A stretch of DNA of 63,401 nucleotides, filler included, from Sphacelaria rigidula (lineage: Eukaryota): assembly GCA_964200075.2 (NCBI GenBank). It is 7 parts of 7 records of this genome, joined end to end, with 100 filler letters (N's around TTAATTAATTAA, not from the genome) between each part and the next. Parts side by side here need not be neighbours in the genome. Positions count along the whole stretch, not along the records: positions 45,360 to 54,330 come from CAXNAA020009613.1; positions 54,431 to 63,401 come from CAXNAA020009614.1; 5 more parts are not named here. One strand, written 5' to 3'. A program made the position numbers and the translations under genes. Below the pieces are notes generated by a model, which saw only the letters and a list, made by a program, of their open reading frames with translations, was not told the origin of the DNA and did not search any database. This document shows, one piece after another, positions 48,362-60,634 of the stretch (position 1 is its first letter; each line of letters begins with the position of its first letter).

Positions 48362-51300
48362 GCTCTAGCCAACGGTGGCGGCATTGCACCTGGTGTCGTC
48401 GGACCGCCTCCCTCGTACCCTACTCGTGGCACCACACCTGGTGTCGTCGGACCGCCTCCTCCGTACCCTGTTCATGGCATCACACCGCCTCCACCCTACC
48501 CTGGTCGTGGTGTTGGACCGCCCCCCCCGTACCCTGGGATCATCGACGTCATTCCTTCTGGTGGTGAAAGCGCTCCTCGAGGTGGCGCCATTGCTCCTGT
48601 CGGTAATGCAGCTCGCCCAGCTGTCGTCATAGGTTCTGCTGGCGTGACTGCTCCAGCCGGTGATGCACCACATCCTCCAGCCGTCGCAGGTGATACTGGC
48701 GTGATCGCCCCAATCGGTGATACAGCACACCCTGCGGTTGTCGTAGATAATGCTGGCGTGACCACCCCTGCCAATGATGTTCCCTCGGGTATAACTCTCC
48801 CTCGATGTGGAATGATGGTTCCAGGTGTTGGAGTGCCAGTCCCGATAGTAAATAGGCGCTGTTACGGGCAGCCGCAGGCACCAAAGAGCAAGTTCTGAAT
48901 TAAACATGCTTCGAGATACAAATAGTGTGCGTTCTCTCACGCATTCAGTCTGATTTCTGGGACGGAACATGCGGCGAACCCGATAGAAATAGCGACACAG
49001 CTATATTTTCTTGGGTCAGTTTATCGAAACAATCAGTTACCCGTAGAAAGCGCCAAAACTTCTCGTATTATTTTTCATCTTTTCCCCTTCGTCTTCGGTC
49101 GGTCATTCGGAATCGGGTGTCGTCTTGGACGCGCAGGGCCCATCACTCAACATGGAAATACTGCCCCAGAAGGTATCGAAGTTGAGCTTGGTCCTGGTAA
49201 TGGTAATGGTAGCAGTGGAGGTATTGCAGGAGCCCGTGGTCACGACAGGGTTGCCCCAGCCGCTGAACCTGGTGACATGGAAGCTCCGCGGCAAGTCAGC
49301 AGCCGCAATCCTTCGGCCACGTTGGCCCTTCTGATCGTGCAGCAGCTGCAATTTCTCGCGATGCTATCACTCGTCGAGTATATCGTGGTGGAAGATTCCT
49401 GGCTCGCTGATTTCGTCATCAGCATAAGGTAAATGTACATAGCTCGAGGTTTTGGGGCGGTTAGAAAAACAGATCGGCGATACCGCTCCCGACAGAGTGG
49501 ACTTCCGCCACCACTGTTGGGCATTAGAGTCTGTTGCGGGAGTCACTCTTTTTGTTCAAATTGTACCAAATAGCGTTGTGTAGTTGATGATCCCCATGAA
49601 GTGTATGTCTTGCCTAGTTTGCGCGCGTGAACAAGATAGGAATGATCACCGAGAAAAAGACGTGCACCACGTTGAGCAGCAGCTTTCGACTTATTAGCGT
49701 GGGCCAAAGGGCAATACGGCAAAGCTGTGCTGTGACATCGATTGGCCATGATGGGACGATATGGGGTGACTCTGTAATCCGTGAGAGGACCGCGTGTTTA
49801 AAGGACCGCATCGTAGTCCATTGCGCCCCAGGATCGGCTTTTTTCAAAACCCATCGGGTCAGTCCCTGCAGGGACCATGCCCCTAACCCCAACCCAAACA
49901 CTAACCCTAACCCCCACCCTAACCATAGGGGTGATTAAATTCTGATGCAATCCTCTAAGCAAGCGGTCCTCTCACGCATTGCAACTCCGCCATGCTGCTT
50001 TGTGCGAGATGAATTCCTCGACTAGAGTGTTGTGTGCTGTAGTGGTGGTCGTTCTGCCAAGAGTAATGTAGGAGTGAATGTAATGCATGGGAGGACCGCG
50101 TGCCTTTTGGACCGCATCGGAATTTGAACACCTCAGGACCGACGTGTCGAGAGGACCGCGCGGATGTCGTCAATTGCAGGGACTGCATCCCGAGCAAACC
50201 TGGGCCACGCATTAATCGAATCAGGGGTAGCGAAGCCAGGCGAGGTGACTGGAGCGACACCACCACGACGCAGTGTGCCTCGAAAGAGAGGAGAGCGAGG
50301 ATTTCAAAACAATGAAATTCAGGCACCGGTAACTCGCTTGCGAGTCACTCTCGCGTGTGAACCGTGGTGGGAAAGAGTTGGCATTGGTGTATTTGGGGGA
50401 GGTGTCGGCGCTTAGCACGTCGGTATGACCGCATCGACGAACTGATTCTCGGCACTTGAAGGCACCAGATGCCGAGACGACCTATCCGCTCGATACTAAC
50501 AGGTACCAGATGCCGAAACGACCCTTCTGCTTGGCACCTGCAGGAACTGCAATGTGGTTTGCGTGCGTCCCACTTTGTTATCCAAGGTAGCTTCAAGGTA
50601 AACCCACAAGTCAAGACCACAAACCTTGCATTTCTCCTCCGCGGAGATGACATCGCAGTGACATGGTCTTGACACGTGTGTTTACCTTGAAGCTACCTTG
50701 AATGACGAAGTGAACTGCACGCAAACCACATTCCAGTACCCGCGATTTCCGAACAGATGGGTATCTCGGCATCTGATTCCCGCAAGTGTCGGGCATCAAT
50801 TCGTCGATGCGGTCATGCCGACGAGCTAGGTGCCGACACCTCCCTCAAATACAGTACACCAACGCCGACTCTGTCCCACCACAGGACTCTGTCCCACCAC
50901 AACTCACATGCAAGAGTGACCCCCACGCGAGTTACGGGCGCCTCAATTTTGAATTTTTGAAGTACTCCCTCTCCTCCCTTTCGAGGCATACTGCACCGTC
51001 GTCGCGTCGCTCCACTCACCTAGACTGGCCGCGCTACCCCTGATTCGATTAATGCGCGGCCCAGGTTTTGCTCGGCGCGCGGTCTCTGCGTTGACCACGT
51101 CTGCACGGTCCTCCCGACACGTCGGTCCTGGGGTGTTCAAGTTCCGATGCGGTCCAAAAGGCACGCGGTCCTCCCATGCATTACAGTGACCACAACAGTC
51201 AATCACGCATCACTTGAAGCGTTCTGTCACAGAGTGACTTGACACAGTCTCAGGCACCAATGCCGTCAATTTTGGGTGCTTGTACGTCATGGTGAAGTGC

Positions 51301-53943
51301 TCTGATCTGGACAGCAGCACCACCGAACGTTCGCTCTGTGGTTCATCTGTTCTGACCGCATAGGGCAATCGATTGATATTGGCTCTAGAGAGAACCGGTG
51401 GCTCACGTGTAATCCGCAGTATGATTGGTGGCTGAACCATACCATGCCTGTTTCGACGGTTTTTTAACATCCGCGCCCATCAAAGGTGGGTGCACCTCTG
51501 GTTGCCGGCTGAGGCTGCCGAAGATGACGTGGAAAGAGACTGCCGTCTCGTGGATGGACCAAGTAACCTTGACGCCCTGGTATTCGTGGGAAACGTGTCC
51601 CTTGTTGTGGGGATTCTCGTGGCTATAATAATCGTGCACATCGCTGTGGTGTCGGCGGTGGAAGCTTTCTGGCTGATAAAGGCGAGTCGGTTCAATTTAC
51701 ACATGGCAGACTCCGCTTCGGCGTCGGTTGCCCTTCTTTGTTTGCCGATCATGACCTTCTTCCCTTCCCGTATGAGGTCACCTTCTTACCACATTTTTGA
51801 CCGAAGATTGTATTTTCCTCCACATGGTAAGTAGACCTTTTCCTGTTCGTCTGCGGGTATGCTTGGAAATCACCCTGCTGTGCAAATATTTAGGTGCACT
51901 TGAACCGCTTAACCGGATGGCTCTGACTTCAAGAAACTGTCCGCATCTCTACTGCGACAGAACTGTGGGAATTTTCGCATGATTCTCCGGAGCAGAGGCG
52001 TGCCCCTAGCTTGGAGTAGTTAGCCTGTGACCACGGAAGGCGTCCGCATCAGATGCCCAGTACAGATTACTGCGCAGATATCGGAACGGTTTTTTAATGT
52101 GAAGACAACAATAAGAACAACAGAGGCGTGCACACCGAAGTAAATACCGATGGAATAGTTGCATCCGATCGTCGACAAGGCATTTGACGGTGTTGCGGTT
52201 TACTGCACCGCATGCAGAGACGTGGTATTCCTTAAGAAGACCGTGGTAATCCCGTTCTTGAAGGCGTGCCCCTACCTATCAATCCCCGACCTGAAGCCCA
52301 TAATTCCAGTCGTGCTTTGGGTATTTCCAGCAACACGCTCATGGAGAGGATATCCGACCAACACAAGTTCTGACCTCTGAACCAGTGAGCGTTTACCAGT
52401 TGAAAGCTCCATTTGATGACCCTTCCCCGCTTCCGACGGCAGCATAGATCATCAGTACTCTTGACACCCCCGCTACATACATTCATCTATGCATATGAGC
52501 GAGGTGGCTCCCTGGGGCGTATGTCCACCGCTTTCGCCTGGCCGTATAGGCTAAGAGAGCACCGCTGTCAATCCAAGACGATTCCGGCCAAGAAGATCCC
52601 ATCACCACGTGCCGGGACCGATCTCAATCGGTATGGCTGTACTTTCCGCACGTGGAGCTTTCATTCCTGCTGTTCGCCTTCGAAGGAGCGGCTGCGACGT
52701 CCGTGTCAGCCATACGGCACTCGAAGTGCCTACAAATTTTCATCCCCGCGATATTTTCACTGGTGAGCTTGCTATAGCTTGTTCGTTCAATTTTACTGGT
52801 GAGTCGGGAGCTGGGTGCATGCACTCCCCTATGTGCCCAGCAGGTAGGACGTGGACGTTGGTGGTATTCAGACCCGCGGCTGAAGGACCGATGGTTCCCA
52901 CTAAAAAAACAAGAACGCGGGAAAAACTGGGGTTGCTCCTTTTTTGATCGATTTGATATTTTAATTGATTTGATTGTCGCACTTTCACTGACCCCCCAGG
53001 GGTCCAGTCGTGGTGTCATGATAGATTGATATCCTTACTACAGCAAGTTCCAAGGGAAAGCCTGCCCACTCCCAGAAGCTCCCCATGTCTTTTCCCCACT
53101 GAAAAATCTCGGGACAAGGAACCTGAGCGATTACACTACCGCGAAATCCACATCGCCGTGTTCATAGATGGGATTCTTAGGGCAGACAATAATAGCAAAA
53201 TCCGAACTGTACGAGCGGATAAATGCAACACTTTCCATGCCGCAAGGGCCTTTGTGCGATTGAGACCTCTTCACCTGCCCTCGTCGCATCACTCCACTTG
53301 GTATGGCGAACACATATTTATGGTTATGGAGAGCACGTATTTGTGGTCGGTGTAGCGCAAGACCTAGTTGCGGGCGGGATCTTCCTTGGCTTTCCGTCCG
53401 TACGCTCATGCGAAAATTGCGGGTTTGGATATTTTTCGTAGAAAGCCTTTTCGATAAATATTGTAGAGCCAATTCGGCATCCCTCTTGCTCGATTCCCGT
53501 TCCATCTCTGTACAGTACCGTGCGATCATTTAAGTTCACAATACTACTAATAACGGGATAAACTCACTCCGCTTGCTTCGGTCTTTTTCCGCGACTTCAC
53601 GACCGCTCCCTCACACACACACCAGGGTCTTTACGCACTCTTCTTATTTTGCACAACGTGGCGCATCATTTCCGTCCGGGTCCGACCGGAGACCATCGTG
53701 AAGTTCGCACGCCGCCAAGGTCGTGAGCGTGATGTGCCCCGCAGCATCAGGGACGTCTGGAACCACATGAAGAACGGCAGCTTGCTCTCATTGTTTGACA
53801 AGGGGGCGTGGGAGACGGTAATGGTGGGCGACGATCAATCCGAAAAAGTCAGAGAGTGGGACTGGTTCCGAATTGGCTTCGAGCCCATGTTCGTGGACTA
53901 CACCGCATCCGGCACGTGGTTCGTGTTAGTTCTACTTGTCGAG
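48362..53943 (+). CDS. Multi-pass membrane protein with TRP-like (DUF907/Flc-Pkd2-type) TM region, spliced, incomplete. Exons 48362-~48788/48824, 49137-49428, 51486-51681, 52550-52762, 53626-53943
   Basis: Phase-compatible exons giving PPPPY repeats, LLIVQQLQFLAMLSL..IRWVHLW, VFVGNVSLVVGILVAIIIVH, WLYFPHVELSFLLFAFEG and FRIGFEPMFVDY..WFVLVLLVE. Confidence 0.75.
49773..49983. mobile_element. 211-bp TGT..GCA MITE containing telomere-like repeats
   Basis: TIR TGTAATCCGTGAGAGGACCGC / GCGGTCCTCTCACGCATTGCA. Perfect 4-bp TSD ACTC. Confidence 0.8.
50079..51185. mobile_element. 1.1-kb intronic fold-back element, TGTAA..TTACA termini
   Basis: ~530-bp arms pair throughout, centre near 50640. Flanks GTGAA / GTGAC. 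TIR related to that of 49773-49983. Confidence 0.88.
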
Positions 53944-54255
53944 GTGAGTTCTAGACGGTGTGACGACGGCAAGAGCGATACACCAATCGTGATATGTCTA
54001 CGCGAGCTCTACTGTATGGTACCGCCTAGTCGTTTGTCTAGAAATCCATTCTTCTATATGTGATCGACAACCTGTTTCACAGCCAGCTATTGATGGAAGG
54101 ACCGCCGAAGGCTGAGTGAGATCTACCTTGCAATGTACATGTAGGGTCCGAAATACAACTCCTAAGCGTATTCCCATTGGCTGGCGATTGTCTCAATGAA
54201 TTGCACACCCTGGATAATACAATATGTTCTCAATAGATATAAGTCGATCATATTT

Positions 54256-54330
54256 GTCGCCCCGGCGGCTCAGTTGGTAACCTCGTAACCTTCTGATGGT
54301 TGAGTAGGGGGGTTCGATTCCCGGAGCGAT
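54256..54330 (+). mobile_element. SINE family 1 tRNA-like head, cut by the contig end
   Basis: GTCGCCCCGGCGGCTCAGTTGGTAA..GGTTCGATTCCCGGAGCGAT. Confidence 0.75.
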
Positions 54331-54430
54331 NNNNNNNNNNNNNNNNNNNNNNNNNNNNNNNNNNNNNNNNNNNNTTAATTAATTAANNNNNNNNNNNNNN
54401 NNNNNNNNNNNNNNNNNNNNNNNNNNNNNN

Positions 54431-54465
<35 letters not shown>

Positions 54466-55290
54466 GTTATTGTTATTATCATTATTATTACTATTATTAT
54501 TGTTATTATTACTATTATTATTATCATTATTATTATCATTATTACTATTATTATTGTTACTATTACTATTATTATTATCACTATTACTATTACTATTATT
54601 ATTACTATTACAATTATTATTACTATTACTATTATTGTTGTTGTTGTTATTGTTATTATTATTACTACTATTATTACTATTATTAATAATAATATCATTA
54701 TTATTATTGTTATTGTTATTGTTATTGTTATTGTTATTGTTATTGTTATTGTTAGTATCACCTGTATTATTATTTTATTACTATTATTATTATTACTATT
54801 ATTATCATTATTATTATCATTATCATTATCATTATTGTTATTATCATTACCATTATTATATTTTTTACTATATTATCATTATCATTATCATTATCATCAT
54901 TATTATTGTTATCATCATTTTCATCGTTATCATCATTATCATTATTATCACCTTTATTATTATTATCATTATTGCTGTCATTATCATTATCATCATCATC
55001 ATTACCATCATCATTATCATTACCGTTGTCATTATTATCATTACTATCATTATCATTACCATTATTTTTATTCTTATTATCATTACTATCACTGTTTTCA
55101 TCATCGTTATTGTTATCATCATAATCATCATTATTATTATCATACTTATTATTATTATTATTATCTTATGATTGCCACTATTATCGTTATAATCATTATT
55201 ATTAACACTATTATCACTATTATCACCATTATCATTATTATCACTATTATCATTATTATCACTATTGTCATGATCTTCATCACTATTATC
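54431..55290 (+). repeat. ~860-bp compound trinucleotide microsatellite (TTA/TTG/CTA grading to ATT/ATC)
   Basis: Seen directly. It is the source of the poly-L/I/Y ORFs. Confidence 0.97.
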
Positions 55291-55314
55291 TATTTGGCGG
55301 GAAAACACCACAAG

Positions 55315-56266
55315 CGATGTGGTATTTCTTGCTCCATGACATCTTCACCAGTGTGTGCGGAAAGTGTTGTACACCTGGCCAGGCACGGAGACCTAAACCC
55401 TCCGACGACGGCGACGGGCTGGACCCCCTGATGAATGAATACGATAGGGCCATCACTGTCGCCGTAGGAACTCCATTTTCACTCGATGCTGCTTCTGAAC
55501 TGATTTTCGGCACCGGTTTCAACAAGAAATCCGTAGGATGAAGATCTTGAAAACACACACGATTTCGATATTCTGTATCCGTTTTTCGCGAGACATTGAC
55601 GCTTGAACGTAGAAAAATGACTGAACTTCGGTGGGTATTCGCTGCATTTGCATGCTGAAATGTAAACATGCTCGCCTCATTACGTGTTCGCGGCCAACCA
55701 ACCACCTGCTCTGTTCGAATGGAAACTAATTCCAGTGTTTCTAGGGAGTAGTGACGAGTGATGCTACGGTAGTGGTGCACAAATATTTCCGCGTTTAGAA
55801 TCGGTAAGAGTATTCAATCTCATCCGAAACACAACGTGTGAAATATGTGAGAGTACGCCAGGGTTTACTAATCCAATGTGCTGGGGATATCTCGAATGAA
55901 TTTGCAAACGGATATGCCCTGACCCATATTCTTGTGCATCTAGAATATCGCTAGGAGCCCCTCAACCAAACAACATTTTGCGCAAAGCGTGCACCCCTAC
56001 CGTAGCATTGCTCTTAAATATCCTTTTTTGGTTTCTGTCGCCAAAATAATGCCTCTGTGCGCAGTAGGCTGAGGCGAAATAGTCAGAACACAATGCGGTA
56101 GAATAGTTTTATATTGTTGCTGTCTGGGCTGTATTTTTAAGTTGATTCGACGTCGTTGTGCGCCCAGGCTGTATTTCCGGTCTTCAGGAGAAAAGGAGCT
56201 CCAGCACTGGATGATTCCGCTGAGGATGGCGGTGGCCCACTATCAATTCAGGAACGACAAGCGCTG
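55315..56266 (+). CDS. Candidate upstream exons (55315-55532, 56168-56266) of the ankyrin-repeat gene
   Basis: AG/GT boundaries with a phase-0 join. LSIQERQAL parallels LDHDSRKAL of the ankyrin exon. The exon linking to 60253 was not found. Confidence 0.4.
55756..56013. mobile_element. Second copy of the 260-bp GAG..CTC MITE
   Basis: Colinear with 10549-10810, same TIR. Confidence 0.85.
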
Positions 56267-57288
56267 GTGAGATTGTGTTTCCGTTCCGGTATCTTCGAAC
56301 AGCGATACTTCGTTCCTTTTGTCGTACTCCAGGGGCTGGCCATTTTCTGTTCAACGATTTCCGGGTGGGGGGGGGGGGGGGAATCGTTTTCACATTTTTC
56401 CTGGGGACAGGATATTTGTGTAATTTTTTTCTCCCCCTTTAATTTCCTCTGATTTTCTTTCGTTTCCTTCCCTTCATTCCATTCCCTCTTGCTATTCTGC
56501 TTTCCCTTTAATTTTTCTCTGACTCGTTTATCTGCCATCTCCGTCCAATCACATTCCATTTGTTCGAGATCTTCTTTCTTCGCCCCCTCCCTTGCTGGAG
56601 TCCCCTTGAAGCTAGTGTGCCCGTTTTTGTTCACCTTGCGTACTTCTATCGTGTGGGCACGGCTGGATCCCTCAGGAATCCGTTTAGTGCGAAACAATCA
56701 ACCAGTATTAATTAACAGAGCTTCAGCCGTTCGGTCATACCAAAGTCGCGTGGAGTCTGGGAATAGAAAGTGAATCTTCGATGTGCCCTGGACAGTAGGT
56801 ATGTTGATGCATTCATGCCAACAAAACACACCTCTCTATATCTTCACCATATCGGCCAGGATGCCTGCCTCATGGTCGACTAAAAAACGTCAGAGTATTA
56901 CTCGCGTGGCGATTTTGTCCGTAAACTCAAGGCGACACTCACTGTCTACGATGCCCCCCCCAAAAAAACAAAAACGTGCTTGGTTTGGGGATGTAAAATC
57001 TTCACGTAAATCGAAATGGGAAAAGCCGAGCACAAGAAGCAGCTGGGAATTCCCACGCTTGGGTTCGTTCCCGCCACTGTCGCCAATATGAGGCGCTTCA
57101 TGCACCCTGAACCCAAACATCAGGCGCTGTAGGACCATTTTTTTCGTGACATGTTTGGGCTGGTTTCGGGGGGGGGCGGCTATCGTAGAAAGTGTCAGGT
57201 CAAAAAAACAAAAATGAGAAACACATCTGTGACGAAACAGGCGCAGATGGGGTCGATGGGTGGGGTGGGGTGGGGGTGGAATGCGGTG

Positions 57289-57521
57289 GTCTCTGCCCTC
57301 CGATTTGAGCATGCTGGTCTTGTAAGGCTGAGTTGGCAAGGTCGGTTGGGTTGGTTGGTGGGGTGGGGTGGGTCTGTGCCCTCCGACTCGAGCATACTGA
57401 TGTGGTAAGGTTGGCTTAGCTGGGCTGAATTGGTCGTACGGATTGATGAGTCGGGTTAGGTTGATCATGTTGGTTGGGTGGGTGGGCGGGTGCGTCTGTG
57501 CCCTCCGGTTCGAGCATACTG
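57289..57521 (+). repeat. Three copies of a 28-bp core separated by G/T-rich spacers
   Basis: GTCTSTGCCCTCCGRYTYGAGCATRCTG at 57289, 57372 and 57494. Confidence 0.75.
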
Positions 57522-58404
57522 TGGGTGAGCAGGTACATTTTGCAAACCAGCATATTTGCACATATATCTGCAGGGGAATTGAGTGTCTAGTTTTGCCATA
57601 AATCTCGAGGGTTCTGCAGGGCAACTTATCTTGTTTTGAAAACGTATACCTCCCTCATACAGCATAAGCCGTGTGACGTGGGACACGAACGCATTTTCCC
57701 CTGCAAGAACGCAAGCGTAGAAACCCCTTCGGAACGTTGGTCGGTGCCCACTTTGCGCGCCGTGAACTCACAGCTGTTGTCACTTCTGGCTTCGTGATGT
57801 GTTGGTTCGGTGCGGTTTCCCTGGTTGCGTCTGGAGAAGTGCTGGTACTGCTGCTTGCACTTGAAGGCGAATGACACATGCAGGGCGGGGGGAAAGCATG
57901 GCATTTGCGGTTGGCTGTGAGCGTTGCCGTAGCTTCTTGTCGGCCTGCGTGGATCCTACTCGTTGTTCAAACGATGGCTTCCTCGTAACTTTTACATAGT
58001 CTCAACGACAACTTTAATATATATATATTGGAAATGCCACGAGGCAAGCGTATATGTATAGTGAGCCTTTTGGCTATGAGTATGAAAGTCGACGGTAAAC
58101 TGTACGCTACGGCGTACACTCCGAAACGAAGACCACTCTCTCGGCGTGTCGTGACTGTTCTGTGGCCATCCGGTACACGCATGATCGTGTGCTATTGGCA
58201 CGTCCTGATGATGTGTGCTGTAGCGACGTCAGATATATGTATGCCGCAGTTTGAAAACAAACATGTATATGGCACAATACTACATCACGAGTCTGCGTCA
58301 CGACACTGTCACTACGAATCGGAATTGTTTCGCAGTTTACGGCGCTTGTTTTTTCTTCTTCCCTTCCCTTCCTTCCTTCCTTCCTTCCTTCCTTTTTCAT
58401 AGTT

Positions 58405-58704
58405 AACAATGTTTCCGTGAGATTGAGAGTAGAGGATACAACTGAGAGTCAAAAGCGGTCAATTAGCGAATGAATCGTTTCAGTTCCGAAATGCACCTCC
58501 ACGAGGCCCGATATGCGTTTTGTAGTAGCTTGCCACTGAGGCCCTTGATATTCCTGAGTAGGATATCGACGTGTAGCTGTAAGCACACGCCAGTGATGGA
58601 AACAAATAAAAGCACACACGAAATGAAAAACTGGCTGACGTAAAGCGAATGATCAAAGTCACTCTCAATCAGCGCTGTGCTCTCAATCTCACTAAAACTT
58701 TGTT
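58405..58704. mobile_element. 300-bp MITE, AACAA..TTGTT
   Basis: ~25-bp TIR AACAAWGTTTYMGTGAGATTGAGAG. AGTT duplicated on both sides (a TA TSD reading is also possible). Confidence 0.85.
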
Positions 58705-60252
58705 AGTTCTCCTTTTCTCCCAGCGAATGCTTCCATTTTATCCACCCTGAGTACGTCCATATGCTGTGGATAAAAGACCACAGCTGGATTATGACTCATC
58801 GGGGATCAAGGAAGGTGCGGCAAACAGTCAGGTCACAGTCACATCAGTTCAATAAATCGAACAGTTGAACCATCAATCGACTATCAAGACAGAAATAGAG
58901 ACAATCAAGCGCACACGCCAGTTGAAATATATATATATATATATATCGAGGGAAAGTTTTCAGCTGAAGCCAGCTCAAACGTAAGAAGAAGCTTCTGCGA
59001 AAGAAAATACACCGGCCGCGTATCCCTATTTGTGACGCGGGCGCTGACGTACTAGAGTAGACAACTAGAAGACCTGCTTCACGTAACGGTTTTACTACGG
59101 TCGTTCTGCTAGACGTGTACGATACTATTTATGGCCAAAACGTCAAGCATGCGCTGACCCGCAGTCGAAACGATAGAATAAAAACACCTTGAAGCAACTT
59201 TGTGTATCTATGTCGCACGCTCAAATCTACAAATGTGGTGATGTTGTGGGGTGGGGTGAAGGTAGGTCCTGAGGTAGGAACGAGCCATGTTGTTGCTCCT
59301 GTTGGCATCTAACCACTGCTGTCCAGGCCATGAACATGAGTGTGTTTTCTTGGCAGCTGCAATTACTTCGAACTTTGGAAAATGACCACATCGGCACAAC
59401 AAACCGAAGCGAGAGGGTTGCACGCAGTAGGGCTCAAAATGTTTGATTCTTCGCCTCGGCATAGAGCAGTATGTCGCGGCCCAGCTCTAGCCACAGCGCT
59501 CTGTTTTACTGGTATCAACATCATTCAAGTGGGAGTGTCAAACGCGTAGGGTATTCTTACCTCTAGACGTTATTCCACGAGTTACTATGAAGATTTCAAG
59601 GAGTCGGACGGATAATGACTGGTCTGGAGATTACTTCCTCTTCATGTGAGTGCTTCATCCCGCACGATTCACTTCTTCGAGTTTGTTTTCCATCGTTTAG
59701 GGTCCGCGCACTCAAGACACGCACGTTCTTTGGCGCAAGTTTAGCACACTGAATGATTGAAAACGGCGTCGAGCAGTATGAATGGGCGTTATTGATCGAT
59801 AACAAGCGCGTCCGAGCAACCGTTGCTGCTTTCAACGACGATTTGAATTGAAATTTCATGGAAGAAATGGCCCGAAGAAATGGCCCGATATACCCCCCCC
59901 ACCCCCCCTATCGTACCGGTCAAACGGCCAAGGCAAGCAACGAACAAGTACCCCCTTCCCCCCCGCCTATCAAAAGCATGGCTCGTACGCACAGTGTCAT
60001 GATTACGGTGCAACAACGACGGAAAACAGAAAAAGGATCTCGCTTTCAACGCACACACTTGTGCAGTTTTCTATAAGAAGGTGCTGCGAAAAAAAAGACG
60101 AAAAAGAAGGAACATCCAAAACCGCCGCGACCAACCATCCTTTCTGATCGTAAAACTCTGGGGGCGGGGGGGGGGGGGGGAGATGCGTCATGTGGAGCGA
60201 GGTCGAACCAACTAACTGCTTGCTGGTAACCCATGGCGTATCTGGCCCTCAG

Positions 60253-60594
60253 GGAGCCGATGGTGTATCTGGATCATGACTCTCGGAAAGCGCTTGTGCG
60301 ATTGACCAACAAAGCTGGCGAGACTCCTCTGCACATGGCAGCACAGGGCCGGAGACGATTCGACGCCATCGAATGCACTGGAGGGTACGTAGAGGCTTGT
60401 GTATGAGGTTGGATTAGAGCATCGAAACCGATATATAGAAATCAAACTATTTTTCTGTTCATGTTCCCTGAGCCGTGTTGAGTTGTCTTGTTTGATGGAA
60501 GGCTGTCGTCAAGATTCACACGCGCAGGAGAGTGAAGGGGCCGTCTTCTACAGGATCTTCCTTGTCTTATTTCCGATACTTTTCGAGAAAACAA

Positions 60595-60634
<40 letters not shown>

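Noticed and set aside
49400-49430. Hammerhead core CTGATGA-CGAAA on the minus strand
   Set aside because: There is no stem II and it lies within a coding exon. Other CTGATGA sites I checked also lack the fold.
9018-54386. TTAATTAATTAA recurring every ~9 kb as a biological periodic signal
   Set aside because: It is always centred in 88 Ns and is a standard six-frame-stop assembly linker.
54375-55431. Long poly-Ile/Leu/Tyr ORFs
   Set aside because: These are translations of a trinucleotide microsatellite.
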